64,000 bases of DNA, from positions 82,708,001 through 82,772,000 of the forward strand of contig OX597826.1 in the NCBI GenBank assembly GCA_951406725.2, in the 5' to 3' direction. A program made the translations under genes and the position numbers. Under the pieces are notes generated by a model that saw only the letters and a program-made list of their open reading frames with translations, was not told the origin of the DNA and did not search any database. The stretch comes from Octopus vulgaris. Its lineage: Eukaryota. How positions within the stretch are numbered: position 1 is the stretch's first letter; each line of letters opens with the position of its first letter. Shown one piece after another: positions 25,861-39,508 of this stretch.

Positions 25861-27480
25861 TAAAAATGAGGTCATCACTATTTATTCTCTTCATCGTGCT
25901 GAAAGTAGCCGCAAATCTCTCTCTCTCTCTCTCTCTCTCTTTGATATCATACTGAGCAGTCTAAAATATTCCAAATAGCATTTTGGATAATGTACAGACA
26001 CTGATGGAATGCTTTAGCTGGTAATCTTGCTGCATCAGGAAACTGGAATAAAACATCCCTAACTCTTACACAACACTAAACCATTTTACAGGTTGGCACA
26101 ATTAAAATCTGCTGCACTTGATCACACCAAAATCACTGCCAGGTGACATTCCTACGAAGATTTGGCTGCCAATTCCAACAGATCGACTTTACCACATTGC
26201 GCCTACTCACTTGGATTGTGCTGTTGATGTACTTTAGCCATAGACTAAAAACAACCAACGTTTCCAACCGTGGCAATCCCTTATTTTGCAAGGAATAATA
26301 TATCTTGGACTACATTATCAAATGTTTTCCTCCCTATTTTATATAAGCGATAGAGGTAATTATTGGATTTTAAGGGTTATCTCCAACAGCGCAACCCCTT
26401 CTGCACAGATTACCATGTTTTGTAATGTACTGGAGTTTACAGACCAATGCCTACTCTCGCCAATAAATGCTCTTCGGTATTTTTACATGGACTCCATATT
26501 TATGTATCATATCTCTTGCTAGACATTCACTTTGTGAAAATGCTGCTGTCAAGACCCTAATACAACAACAGGTGCACATAACTTTAACTCACTAACGATG
26601 AACAGCCATGTCAATGCATACACCCCAGTTTGTATAGAAACGCAAATGGCGGTCGAATGGCGGTCGACAAACGTCCCCAATTCGCCAGCAAGAATCTGTT
26701 TTACTATCAAATTGTATCCTTTCATTCCTACACTTTGCACATACAATTCTCAATGCAAAAAAAAATGTATTTCTAATGCAAAACCAAGGGATTCCATTAA
26801 TATAACCATCCAATGGAATTTCCAGAATCCACCCAATGCATATAATGCATAATGGCCCCACAAACACAATATTTCATTGTAGAAGTTGTGATTTGAAAAG
26901 CTGGTATGATTATATGCGTCAGTATTTGTGCAAATAAAGAAGAAAGTACACACTAACCTGCACAAGCACACTCCAAATTGACATTTACCCCACCCCTACA
27001 CGCACACACACACACACACTCTCTACACGTATTCGTGCATGAAGGTAAACACTATATATATATACATATCACTCCTCGACATTATATTCCACATATTTTC
27101 TTCAGAAGTTAACCATATCATGAAACCACATGTGTTGGGTGAATAATCCAACGGGTATCATCACTGGCTGAAAATTACAGATAACAATATGCATAGGTAC
27201 ACAAGGAAACATATTTCCATATTCGCACATGCGTCACGCATGCTTGCACGCACATATGAACAGTGAACAAACGTGTCCCCTTGTAGCATAATACAAGCAT
27301 TTTATTCATCACCTAATCGCTGCCATATCTGAATTTAAATATTCTGGCATAATGCTTCAGGAACGCTTCAAAATGATGTATTCATTTCAAAATTGATCTC
27401 TAAGGGGGAAAAAAAGTACCCGTTCCATTCAAATTGATGTCCGTCACAACTTAGGACTTTACAATGACAATAATTATTTC

Positions 27481-27483
<3 letters not shown>

Positions 27484-27574
<91 letters not shown>

Positions 27575-27575
27575 G

Positions 27576-27646
<71 letters not shown>

Positions 27647-27715
27647 GTATATATATATATATATATATATACATATGTATATATATATATATATATATAC
27701 ATATGTATATATGTA

Positions 27716-27776
<61 letters not shown>

Positions 27777-27787
27777 ACACATATGTA

Positions 27788-27826
<39 letters not shown>

Positions 27827-27827
27827 C

Positions 27828-27869
<42 letters not shown>

Positions 27870-27890
27870 GTATATATGTATATATATATA

Positions 27891-27942
<52 letters not shown>

Positions 27943-27970
27943 GTATATATATATATACATATATATATTA

Positions 27971-28061
<91 letters not shown>

Positions 28062-28064
28062 GTA

Positions 28065-28097
<33 letters not shown>

Positions 28098-28108
28098 TCA
28101 CATATGTA

Positions 28109-28147
<39 letters not shown>

Positions 28148-28293
28148 GTATATATGTATATATATATATATATACACATATGTATATATGTATATATATA
28201 TATATATATATACACATATGTATATATGTATATATATATATATATACATATGTATATATGTATATATATATATATATATATACAATATGTATA

Positions 28294-28334
<41 letters not shown>

Positions 28335-28450
28335 GTATATATATATATATATATATATATTCACACACACAAATATATATACATATACATACATACATGT
28401 ACACACGCACGCGCACACATTCACTTATATATATATATATATATACACAT
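27484..28450. repeat. ~1-kb (TA)n-based compound satellite with recurring CACATATG/TATATG interruptions
   Basis: Seen directly; source of the long YI-repeat ORFs. Confidence 0.97.
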
Positions 28451-28972
28451 ATAAACAAACAACAAATGATAAGGGATTAGTAATCCAAGCGAAACGATTA
28501 AGGTCTGTACAGATAAAAATACACTGAGCTAGCAGAAAATGTTGTGATCGGTATTGTATTCCATGTAATCCGAAATCAACATCCATCTCCAGTCAAATTT
28601 GTAAATCCATGGTTCCAATACCCATGAGAGATGCTATGTCTTTTATAGAGTAATATGTAAAATAGGCAAGAATAATGGGTTATATACTTTCATTTATTTA
28701 TTATAGCCTTACAACACTTTCAGATATGCGTTTCACTACGTTCATGGTTCATTCTTACCAACGGATCTATTTAGCTGTTGGTGGGATCGAGCTCGGAAAA
28801 CGATAGCTTGGGGCGACTGATTTCCTATATTCTCAGTCGAATCAATGATATGACTGAACCATGAACGCACCCAAACGTGTATATGAAACAAGTGTAAGCC
28901 TATAACAAATAAATGGATATAAGACATTATTTCCGTCGTATATATATACATGTGTATATGTGTGTGTATGCG

Positions 28973-29007
<35 letters not shown>

Positions 29008-29242
29008 TGATGTGCATTGAAAGAATCATCCGGCTATCACAGGAGGTTGCTCTTACGGACTCATCTATCGATCCACATAGTTCAGTTCGTGTGATGAACT
29101 AGCTTACATTATTTGAATTAATTTCTGAATAAACTGCCGTATTGTGTAATGCCCAGAACATATATTAATGCATCATTTCACCCATACTGAAATTCGTATG
29201 AGGAAGGTTGAGAAACAGCAATCGAAGTCACGTGATAATATT

Positions 29243-29460
29243 CAGGGTGTCCCAAATTTAATAAATTCTTTAAAATTTCACAAGAAACTGAGTTTATTCA
29301 TACTGTTAGTATCGAAAATGGAGTCATTGTAGTTTTACTTGTAAGACTTACCGTCAGGTTCCACCGCCTTCAGGACTAACTGTACACCTCCACACGAGCG
29401 ACTCCATTTTCAACAACCTTCAGCCACCTTCGGACGCAGGCCTCTCCGTACCTGGAGATA
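29243..29460 (-). mobile_element. Possible Tc1-like transposon 3' end remnant
   Basis: TIR-like cagggtgtcccaaa at 29243; minus strand EACVRRWLKVVENGVARVEVYS* resembles Tc1/mariner C-termini. Confidence 0.35.
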
Positions 29461-29681
29461 TTGCGCTGATACTGATACTCAATATTCGTCTTTATCCTCA
29501 GATTCTATATATGTCAGCTTCTCTCTCTTCCTCTTTCTCCCTCTCTCCCTTTCTCCGTCACCCTCTCTCTCTCTCCTTTCTTTCTGTCTCTATTTTACAT
29601 GTTCTCTTTTGCAGGTATTCGGACCAGATATCCTGTAGTAAGTTTATCTTTTACCTATTCTCTATCGATCGCTGATTTCAC

Positions 29682-29913
29682 AGGCGGAGAGCTGGCAGAA
29701 ACGTTAGCACGCCGGGCGAAATGCTTAACGGTATTTCGCTTGTCGTTACGTTGTGAGTTCAAATTCCGCCGAGGTTGACTTTGCCTTTCATCCTTTCGGG
29801 GTCGATAAATTAAGTACCAGTTACGCACTGGGGTCGATGTAATCGACTTAATACCTATGTCTGTCCTTGTTTGTCCCCTCTATGTTTAGCCCCTTGTGGG
29901 TAATAAAGAAATA
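29682..29913 (+). mobile_element. tRNA-derived SINE family B
   Basis: A-box-like ctggcagaaacg and B-box gagttcaaattcc; near-identical to 30981-31214. Confidence 0.9.
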
Positions 29914-30471
29914 GGTACTGATGTCACCTGTATGAACAAATGATGAAAAGGTGTCCCGCGTAAGAGTTGTCGGGAGTCGCTATGTGAACATTTTTCTTAA
30001 TATTCTTACAAATGATTTCAGAAAGTCGTATGATTTTACTTATTTATTTACGCATTGTTACTTACTTTCATAAAGTGTATCTACAGATGGAGGTTATAAC
30101 TAAATTTCTTAGAGCAAATCTTATGAATTCGTTCCAGGTGGTCCGCGCAAACAAAAAGAAAGTAAATTTAATGTTCTCACTAACACCCTTACCACATAAA
30201 TCCTGTGTACAAATTCATGAAATCCGTCGGTCTAAGAGAGCTTTAAATAGGGCGAAGCTGAGTATCAATTGACAGCCAACTGGCTGTACTGTGTCAGGGA
30301 GGGGGAATGTAAATCGGGAACGGCAGAGAGAGAGGGAAAAAAATAAACATTTTTATTTTCTGTGTCAGATGCAGAATTTGCGCACTCATACGTTTTCGTT
30401 CAGATCAAATGACTTGTTGGCCTGAAATGTTTCTGCAACAGTTGGTATTTCATTCCATAGATTGTGTGTGT

Positions 30472-30530
<59 letters not shown>

Positions 30531-30818
30531 TGTGTTTGTGTGTGTGTGTACGCACTTGCAGATACACATACACACTCACACACGCACACACACACACACA
30601 CACACATATATGTATATACATGTATGTTGCTAATGATTTGCAACTTTCGATGAAATCACATAACGCAACACTTCCATTCGCCGAGGATGATGAAATATTC
30701 GTCTGTCAATAGAATCTGTGCATTTAATAGCGCCAAATGTCTAAACGAGAAGATTTCTCAGAACGATTAACGCAGTCTGCGATGTTCAGAACAACACATC
30801 CAAGTCGGATGTGCTAAT

Positions 30819-30862
<44 letters not shown>

Positions 30863-30868
30863 ACACAA

Positions 30869-30978
<110 letters not shown>

Positions 30979-30980
30979 TG

Positions 30981-31214
30981 AAGGCGGCGAGCTGGCAGAA
31001 CCGTTAGCATGCCGGGCGAAATGCGTAGCCGTATTTCGTCTACCGTTACATTTCGAGTTCAAATTCCGCCGAGGTCGACTTTGCCTTTCATCCTTTCGGG
31101 GTCGATAAATTAAGTACCAGTTACGCACTGGGGTCGATATAATCGACTTAAATTCGTTTGTCTGTTCTTGTTTGTCTCCTCTATGTTTAGCCCCTTGTGG
31201 GTAGTAAAGAAACA
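30981..31214 (+). mobile_element. tRNA-derived SINE family B
   Basis: Near-identical to 29682-29913; sits at the end of a (CA)n(TA)n tract. Confidence 0.9.
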
Positions 31215-31282
31215 TATATATATATACATACACAGATGTACAGGTGTGTGTGTGTATGCATGCATGTTTTTATACAAGTATT

Positions 31283-31447
31283 CACATAGGTGAAAACAAT
31301 ATGGAGAAACACTTCCGGAACTCCTACTCGGTGTTTCCTATGAGCGTTCGTCAGACATTTGTGATAGAACACAATAATAATAGAAATTCTGTTTTATCAC
31401 AACTGTCTGACGAACGGTCATGTGAAGCTGTGAGCAACAGTTTGTGA
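31283..31447. mobile_element. Diverged fold-back element with two divergent hammerhead-like motifs, copy 3
   Basis: 27-bp inverted arms 31345-31371 / 31390-31416 (2 mismatches). Plus strand TCACAA-CTGT CTGACGA ACG-GTCA-TGT GAAG CTGTGAG CA ACAG-t-TTGTGA; minus strand TGT CTGACGA ACG...GAAACACCGAGTA. Confidence 0.65.
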
Positions 31448-31580
31448 AGTTTTGTCGGTTTTAATAAGCCAGTACACCCCACTCACACACACACACACAC
31501 ACACTTGAAAGACAATATTTCAGAAGATGACTCAATATGTGTGTCACGTAGAGTGGATGTTAATTACTAGCACATGTGCA

Positions 31581-31614
<34 letters not shown>

Positions 31615-31814
31615 TGTGTATCTTTATATATTTATAGGCATCCATTCTTATATATGTGTATGAGCGCGCGTGTGTTGACATGTATGCGTGTGTTATTGCA
31701 ATCTTTCACACCGCGTTACAATATTCATAACGACTGTCATTTAAAGACACAACTCTACAGACTTTCGTTATGACTGCTTTATTTCTTTGTTTTAAATTCA
31801 TTCTGTGAGATCGG

Positions 31815-31940
31815 TGCAGCCATGGCTGTATGTAAGCAAGTTGGCTGCCAACCACGTAGTTTTGGTTTCAGTCCCTCTGCGTGGTACCCTCGATAAGTGT
31901 CTTCTATAAGTCTGAACCGACCAAAGCCTTGTGAGTTTTT
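31815..31940 (+). mobile_element. SINE family A 5' half, degenerate
   Basis: ccaaccacgtagttttggtttcagtccc...aagtgtcttcta...ccgaccaaagccttgtgag matches the family A head. Confidence 0.75.
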
Positions 31941-31970
31941 TTAATAGTAAAAAAATTTGGAAGCAACAAA

Positions 31971-32025
<55 letters not shown>

Positions 32026-32301
32026 ACTGTGTTTGCACCCATTACCGTATGACAATGATACTTTCCAATTATGATTCGATTTTATAATTTAGTTTATATG
32101 TTAGAGGAGAAAAATGTTAAAGGACAGAAACATAGGAAAAGATAAAGTAATTTGTTTTCATAAAACCGGCCATTCCCAAATCCTTTCAAATCACACCAAA
32201 GCACCCGGTACTCTTCTTAGTTTCTCGTAAATGTAGTGAAATATGTTCAATAATTTCATAAATTTTGAAAGGCAGTTGATGATGCCGACGTCATTGTTTC
32301 G

Positions 32302-33225
32302 TTATTGCCTCCGCCTTGGCGATGCCGAGGGTGTATCGATTACAGATGCGTTTGTTTATTTGTTTCTCCGTGGACATGATGTTTGAAGAACTGCTGGATG
32401 GATTCGGAGGAAACTTTCAGGGATGTTTAGCCTTGTGACTAGCACAAACACATTCGATGTTGTGATCGATCCGGTACCGGATAAGGATTCTGGATTATTT
32501 GTTATATTTACTTTACGCGATTAAGATCTTACGTTGACTTTCAAGTCTGTCTCAGTTATCTCCCTTTAGGTCGTTTCCAAAGTTTTATTTTCATTTCTCT
32601 GTTATTAATTTTACTTGCATCTCTATCTTAGTAGAAACTGATGGATAAAGAAATCAAAGTACATAAACAGCAGCAAAACCGTTCAGAAATTAAAGAACAT
32701 TAACACATTTTTATAATATATATATACATTATATATTATATATACATATTAACACTTTACAGTATACTTACATATACACATACATCTATACATCGATCTA
32801 AAACAAGAGGAATACTAAAAGAAGGCCGGAATTTAAGAGAAGATAAAACAAAAAGGTCTCATGTTATTCATTTAAAAATTCTCTTAATAGAACTTATTAT
32901 TATTACCTCTGCCTGTGAAACTATTTTGAATGGTGAATTTGTTAACTTTGGCTTGCACTAGATAAGGATAAACTATTCATTACTGTTACTAAATATTCTA
33001 CAGCCACCTCCACATTCCATGATCGCCCAGGTACCGGACAAGTATTCTGGATTATTTTCCCGTTTTTTTTTTTTACAGTCGGGTTCATTTTTACTATTCT
33101 TGTTTGTGAGAACAGTCGAGTTTATTTCAGATATTCTCATTTTAAAAATCGTCTCCGGCTGATCGTTGAGAGGACATTGGTGTTGCCTTGGCGTAGGTTT
33201 GCGCTCTCTGAGTGCTCATGTTGTT
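32302..33225 (+). mobile_element. Helentron-associated non-autonomous element (HINE/DINE-1-like), composite
   Basis: 5' TTATTGCCTCCGCC and 3' CCTTGGCGTAGG subterminal inverted repeats, 3' hairpin GCGCTC-TCT-GAGTGC (33201-33215), TT ends; second start-like ttattacctctgcc at about 32901. Confidence 0.75.
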
Positions 33226-33367
33226 ATTATTATTGTATCACCTACTTCGAACTTAATAGAGCAGACGTATGATGAAGAGTGTTCAAGCCTTTATCGTCCA
33301 ACATGTCCTTCAGGCTTGATCATCCATGCGCACATTATGATTCCCTATTTACATTACGATATGTCTT

Positions 33368-34035
<668 letters not shown>

Positions 34036-35027
34036 TACGCAGACAATCGCACAAAAATACAGACATGCATGTTTGTGAATCCCAGAGAGTGTGTGTGTAC
34101 ATATGTATGCATCTATGGACATATGTAGCTTGGATCGGTTATTGTATGACTGTGAAATATGGCAATTCTATTCAGAGCATTTTTGGATTATAATGTTGCA
34201 GCAAAAGTATTTTGGACAGCAAAATATATTTCTTTTACAAATTGTGTGATGATGTTTTTGAATGCAAGCACAGACGCTTTCATTCGACATAGCAACCTGA
34301 GTTACAAATTGAATTTAAGAACATGGCGCTATATATCTGTTTTGTAAAAGGGGAATATTTATGCGAAAAACAGGGAGAGAATGCTAATATTATGGCGTCA
34401 TGGAGAAAAACATACACAACGAAACCAAACATCCTTCAAGCATTAAACATGTAATGCAGTTTGTTTATCTAATGCTGGTCTTATTAGCCAATCGAGGTTA
34501 CATGGAGCAAAACAATCCACCGGAAAGGATACATCTGCTACTTGTCAGGATTTTTCTTGACATTTATATGAGAAGAGATATTTATGCGATGATTATTGCA
34601 AAAGAAATTCACAGCTGTGCCAGAAACTCATATTCGTTTATTAACAAGCGAGAGTCGTACACATGATCGAAACAATTTCCATCATCTGTCGACCTATCTC
34701 ACTATTTACCTACCGATCCACACACAAATGTGCTCCAAGCTGCAGAAGAGACAGGATAAAAGAACCTTTTAAAATACGTTAAATGCCATAAAAAAGGGTA
34801 AAAAAGTACATGCAGATGCATACATAATGTATATGTGTACACATGTGAATTTCATTACACACAAAACACGCGCGCACGCACGTACACACACACACAAAAA
34901 CACGCATATACGCACACATACACATGTGTGTATATATATCACCGTGATCACCGTGATCGACCAGGCTATCAGATGTTGCTACACATCGCTGGTCACAATG
35001 TACTTCGTATTGTTTTAGCATTCAAGT

Positions 35028-35233
35028 GACGCCACCCCGCTGGCTAAGCGAGCAGGCCAACAGAAGAAAGAGTGGGAGAAATATGTGGTGAAAGAGTACA
35101 GCAGGGATCGCCACCACCCTCTGCCGGAGCCTTGGGGAGCTTCTAGGTGTTTTCGTTCAATAAACACTCACAATCCAACCGCGATACTACATCCGCAAGT
35201 CCGCTGCACTAACCACTGGGCCAATGCGCCTCC

Positions 35234-35234
<1 letters not shown>
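35028..35234 (-). mobile_element. tRNA-derived SINE family D
   Basis: Minus strand begins ggaggcgcattggcccagtggttagtgcagcggac (A box TGGCCCAGTGG) with a degenerate B box; single copy in this window. Confidence 0.65.
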
Positions 35235-35275
<41 letters not shown>

Positions 35276-36062
35276 GTATATCATAAATTTATATATGAAT
35301 GAATGTGCATGTTCGTATCTTGATAATCAGGAGTTATGTAAAAAAAGTTGTCTGTGTTTAGTCGAAAGAGCACAACAGATGTAACAGGATTCAACACTGA
35401 GATATCTTGATTGCGGTTTAACAAAATGCCATCTTCTATTTAATCGTTTTTCATGTAATCAGGATTACTTGATTGATTTTTCTCTTAATCAATGGAGAGG
35501 CAATATTTATGAAACAGGTATATCATTGCCAGCATAGATAATTACATTTTCAGATTTCGATTAAACTTAAATATATTGTTCGCATGTCTTAGTGTCAAGT
35601 CAGTATGGTGAAACTATTCTATTGACTGTTACAGTCAACTACAAAGAAGGGCTCCGAAAGTACGAATAACAAATCACATCTAGTAAGCAACATGCGAGTG
35701 TAGAAATATGGATTTCATACACAGACTGTGCAACCTTTTAGATGTTTAGGGAATTAATACGGATTTGCTTTCAGAAGAATGTCAAAATCGTGTTTGATAA
35801 TTGCAGTGAAATATTCACAGATGTATACCATGGCCGGTTCGCAGAGACAACTGGCGGCGAATTGCATGAGTTAGTGTAGAGCTCGACAAATTACTTTCTG
35901 CTATTTGATTCTGCCAGTCCAATCTATTTAAAATTCCCCCCGAAGCCAGGCTTATAGAAATAAGTACCAGGGAATTATATATTCGCCGGCGTACTTCAGA
36001 GTACAACTTTCAATTGATTCTGTTCTCAATTGTTTGAAACAAGTAATAGTACAAGACAAAAA

Positions 36063-36430
<368 letters not shown>

Positions 36431-37213
36431 GTGTGTGTACATTATGTATGCATATATTATTATTGTTGTTGTTGTTATAAAGACCCTTGTGAAATGCAGG
36501 GTTACCTACCCGAAATATTAATTTATTTCGCCATTCATCAAGCTGTTAAAATCTCCCAGACACTTAAATTCTCCTTCCGCTCTTCCAATAGACGGCACTG
36601 CTTGTGTTTACTCTGCAGCCATGTCCCCTGTGTTTCTCTCGCTCTCTCTTTATCGAAACCGACGTTTTTCAATCCAACGTCGATTCCATCGAACGCACTT
36701 GCTGGTCTGTCTTGTATTTTAATAGTTTGATAAATGGCGTTAAATGGATCAGTCGAGAGAAAATTAAAATCCAAGTACGACAACCACCTGTCAAACTTTT
36801 GACATCCCCAGAAGAGACATGCATTAATACCAGCAGCGTTATTTTCTTCTTTATTGCCGCATTATTAAAATTACATCAAAAGCCATTCCAGCGTTAGTTT
36901 ATGTAATTTTGATATTTGGAAGGCACCATTATATTAATCTGAAGTTAATTATTTCCCCGTTGCTCCACTCTCTCACTTTCTAACTGCACGTGCTCATTCA
37001 AACGATGATTGCATCGAACGCACTTTCTAAACCGTCTTTTTGTATATCACAGCAAGATAAATAGCGAAATAAATTCATATTTTGTTCAAGAAACCCTGGG
37101 TAACTGTATTTACAAGGCTTTTTGCGCTTTTTATTATAATAATATCTTTACTCTGTTAACTAATCAAATGCTTGTTGAAAATCTTACCACACAATACAAT
37201 ATATATATATATT

Positions 37214-37308
<95 letters not shown>

Positions 37309-37310
<2 letters not shown>

Positions 37311-37484
37311 GGAGTAAACACATAAATGTGAAACAAGGTGGAAAAAAGAGTACTCAAATACCAGTGGTAGAGTAATATGCTTTATTTTAAGCAGCAGAAA
37401 ATTCAACAAAATCTGTTACTCTGAGTTTCTCGTTGCAACTCAGAGTAACAGATTTTGTTGAATTTTCTGCTGCTTAAAATAAAG
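37309..37484. mobile_element. Short fold-back element, copy 2 (hammerhead core deleted)
   Basis: Perfect 48-bp inverted arms 37380-37427 / 37437-37484 with a 9-nt spacer; homologous to 23981-24192; flanked by (TA)n. Confidence 0.82.
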
Positions 37485-37704
37485 TATATATATATGTACA
37501 TATACAGATATATATATATATATTTATATATATATATCTATATATATATGTACATATACAGATATATATATATATATTTATACAGATATATATATATATA
37601 TTATATATATATATATACATATACAGATATATATATATATATACATATACAGATATATATATATATATTATATATATATACATATATATATGTACATATA
37701 CAGA

Positions 37705-37748
<44 letters not shown>

Positions 37749-37761
37749 TATATGTACATAT

Positions 37762-39143
37762 AAATCCTTAAATCCTTAAAAATGTTTTAGCCCGAAGGCC
37801 GCGGCCATGCTGGGGCACCACCGCTGAATGAGCTACACTAGTTTGTGAATCCACCTCTGATACGTGGCACTTGATCAACAAGGGAGTTCGATGCTGCTGC
37901 CCGCATCCGTGTCTCCTGTCGTGAGGTAGGTTCATCTGGGACTCCCAACAAGAAGAGATCCAGTTTAGTTTTAAAAAAACCCACATCCACACCATGTAAG
38001 TCTCTCAGGCATTTAGGGAGGATGTTAAAGAGCTGTGGTCCTCTGGAACCCAAGCTGTTGCAGTATCTGGACCTGTATTTTGATGGTGATGTTGGAATCC
38101 TTGGCACCACGCAGCGGCGCCCCGTTCTGCGGTTGGAGTAACTTTGAATGCCAAAGTTTGGGACAAGACCCTCCAGGATTTTCCAGATGTATATCACTGC
38201 ATATCTCTCCCGCCTCCGCTCCAGGGAGAAGAGGTTTAATACCTTCAGTCTTTACCAGTAGCTGACATTTTGCATTGAGACGATTTTTCTTTGTGTAGCT
38301 TCTCTGAGTTGCTTCGAGTTCTGCTGTTTGTTTTATATTGTGTGGTGACCAAAGTTGGGAGCAGTAGTCCAAGCGGCTGAGGACAAATGTTTTCCATAGG
38401 ACAATCAGTGTCTCCTTCTCTCTTGTTCTGAAAGTTCGGAGAATCCATCCAGCTAGCCGTCTGCATTTTATCACCAGATTAGCAATATGCATTTGGAAAG
38501 ATGCATCATTGCTCATGTCAATGCCCAGGTCACGCACTGATTTTGACTCAGGGATTGCAATTCTTCCTGGGCCAGTGTATCCAGTCTTCACGTCATTTAC
38601 CTTTGTGTGCCAGTAGCGCAGGGCCTGGAACTTACCTGCATTAAACTGCATGTTGTTGTCCTCAGCCCACCTGTATATTGTGTCCAGCTCATGTTGCAGA
38701 TGCGCAATATTTTCAGGGTTTTGTATTGCGTGGGAGACTTTTGTGTCATCTGCATAGCTAGCAAGGGTGGTCATCGTAGCAACTGAAGGCATGTCTGAAA
38801 GGGCCACTATGAACATCAGTGGCCCCAAGACAGTGCCCTGTGGGACACCGCTTGTTATTTGCGTTTCCCTGGAGGTGGCTCCATTGCTCACAACTGCCTG
38901 TTTTCTGTCTTTTAGGAAGTTGTGCAGCCACTCTCCAAGTTTCCCGCCTATGCCGAGACCACGCAGTTTGTGACAGATCATACCATGGTCGACTTTATCA
39001 AAGGCTTTTGCAAAGTCAAGATATATTACATCCACATTTGAGCCATTTAGTAGCTGTTTCAACACCCAGTCATAGTGTTGCAGGAGCTGTGTTAGGCAGC
39101 CTCTACCTGGTCGAAATCCATGCTGGGTGTCAGACAGTAAGTC
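37762..39143 (-). mobile_element. CR1-like LINE, 5'-truncated, young (RT nearly intact)
   Basis: [21 protein letters not shown] leads into ORF 38025-39065 ([44 protein letters not shown]). One apparent frameshift near 38285 leads to ORF 37838-38197. Tail ggtggtgccccagcatggccgc...(TTTAAGGA)n. Confidence 0.96.
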
Positions 39144-39156
39144 ATATATATATATT

Positions 39157-39207
<51 letters not shown>

Positions 39208-39224
39208 ATATGTACATATACGCT

Positions 39225-39280
<56 letters not shown>

Positions 39281-39335
39281 CATTTCGGGCTAAAACATTT
39301 TTAAGGATTTTAAGGATATATATATATGTACATAT

Positions 39336-39374
<39 letters not shown>

Positions 39375-39448
39375 CATTTCGGGCTAAAACATTTTTAAGG
39401 ATTTTAAGGATATATATATATGTACATATACATATATATATATATATG

Positions 39449-39488
<40 letters not shown>

Positions 39489-39508
39489 TATATATACATA
39501 CATAGACC

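Noticed and set aside
26130-26480. Minus-strand RKTFDNV and GMSPGSDFG resembling RT motifs
   Set aside because: Too degenerate to call without a profile search.
27368-28527. Long ORFs (up to 335 aa) of YI/CV repeats, and similar ones at 33166-34193, 55154-55681 and 62588-63105
   Set aside because: They are translations of stop-free microsatellites, not genes.
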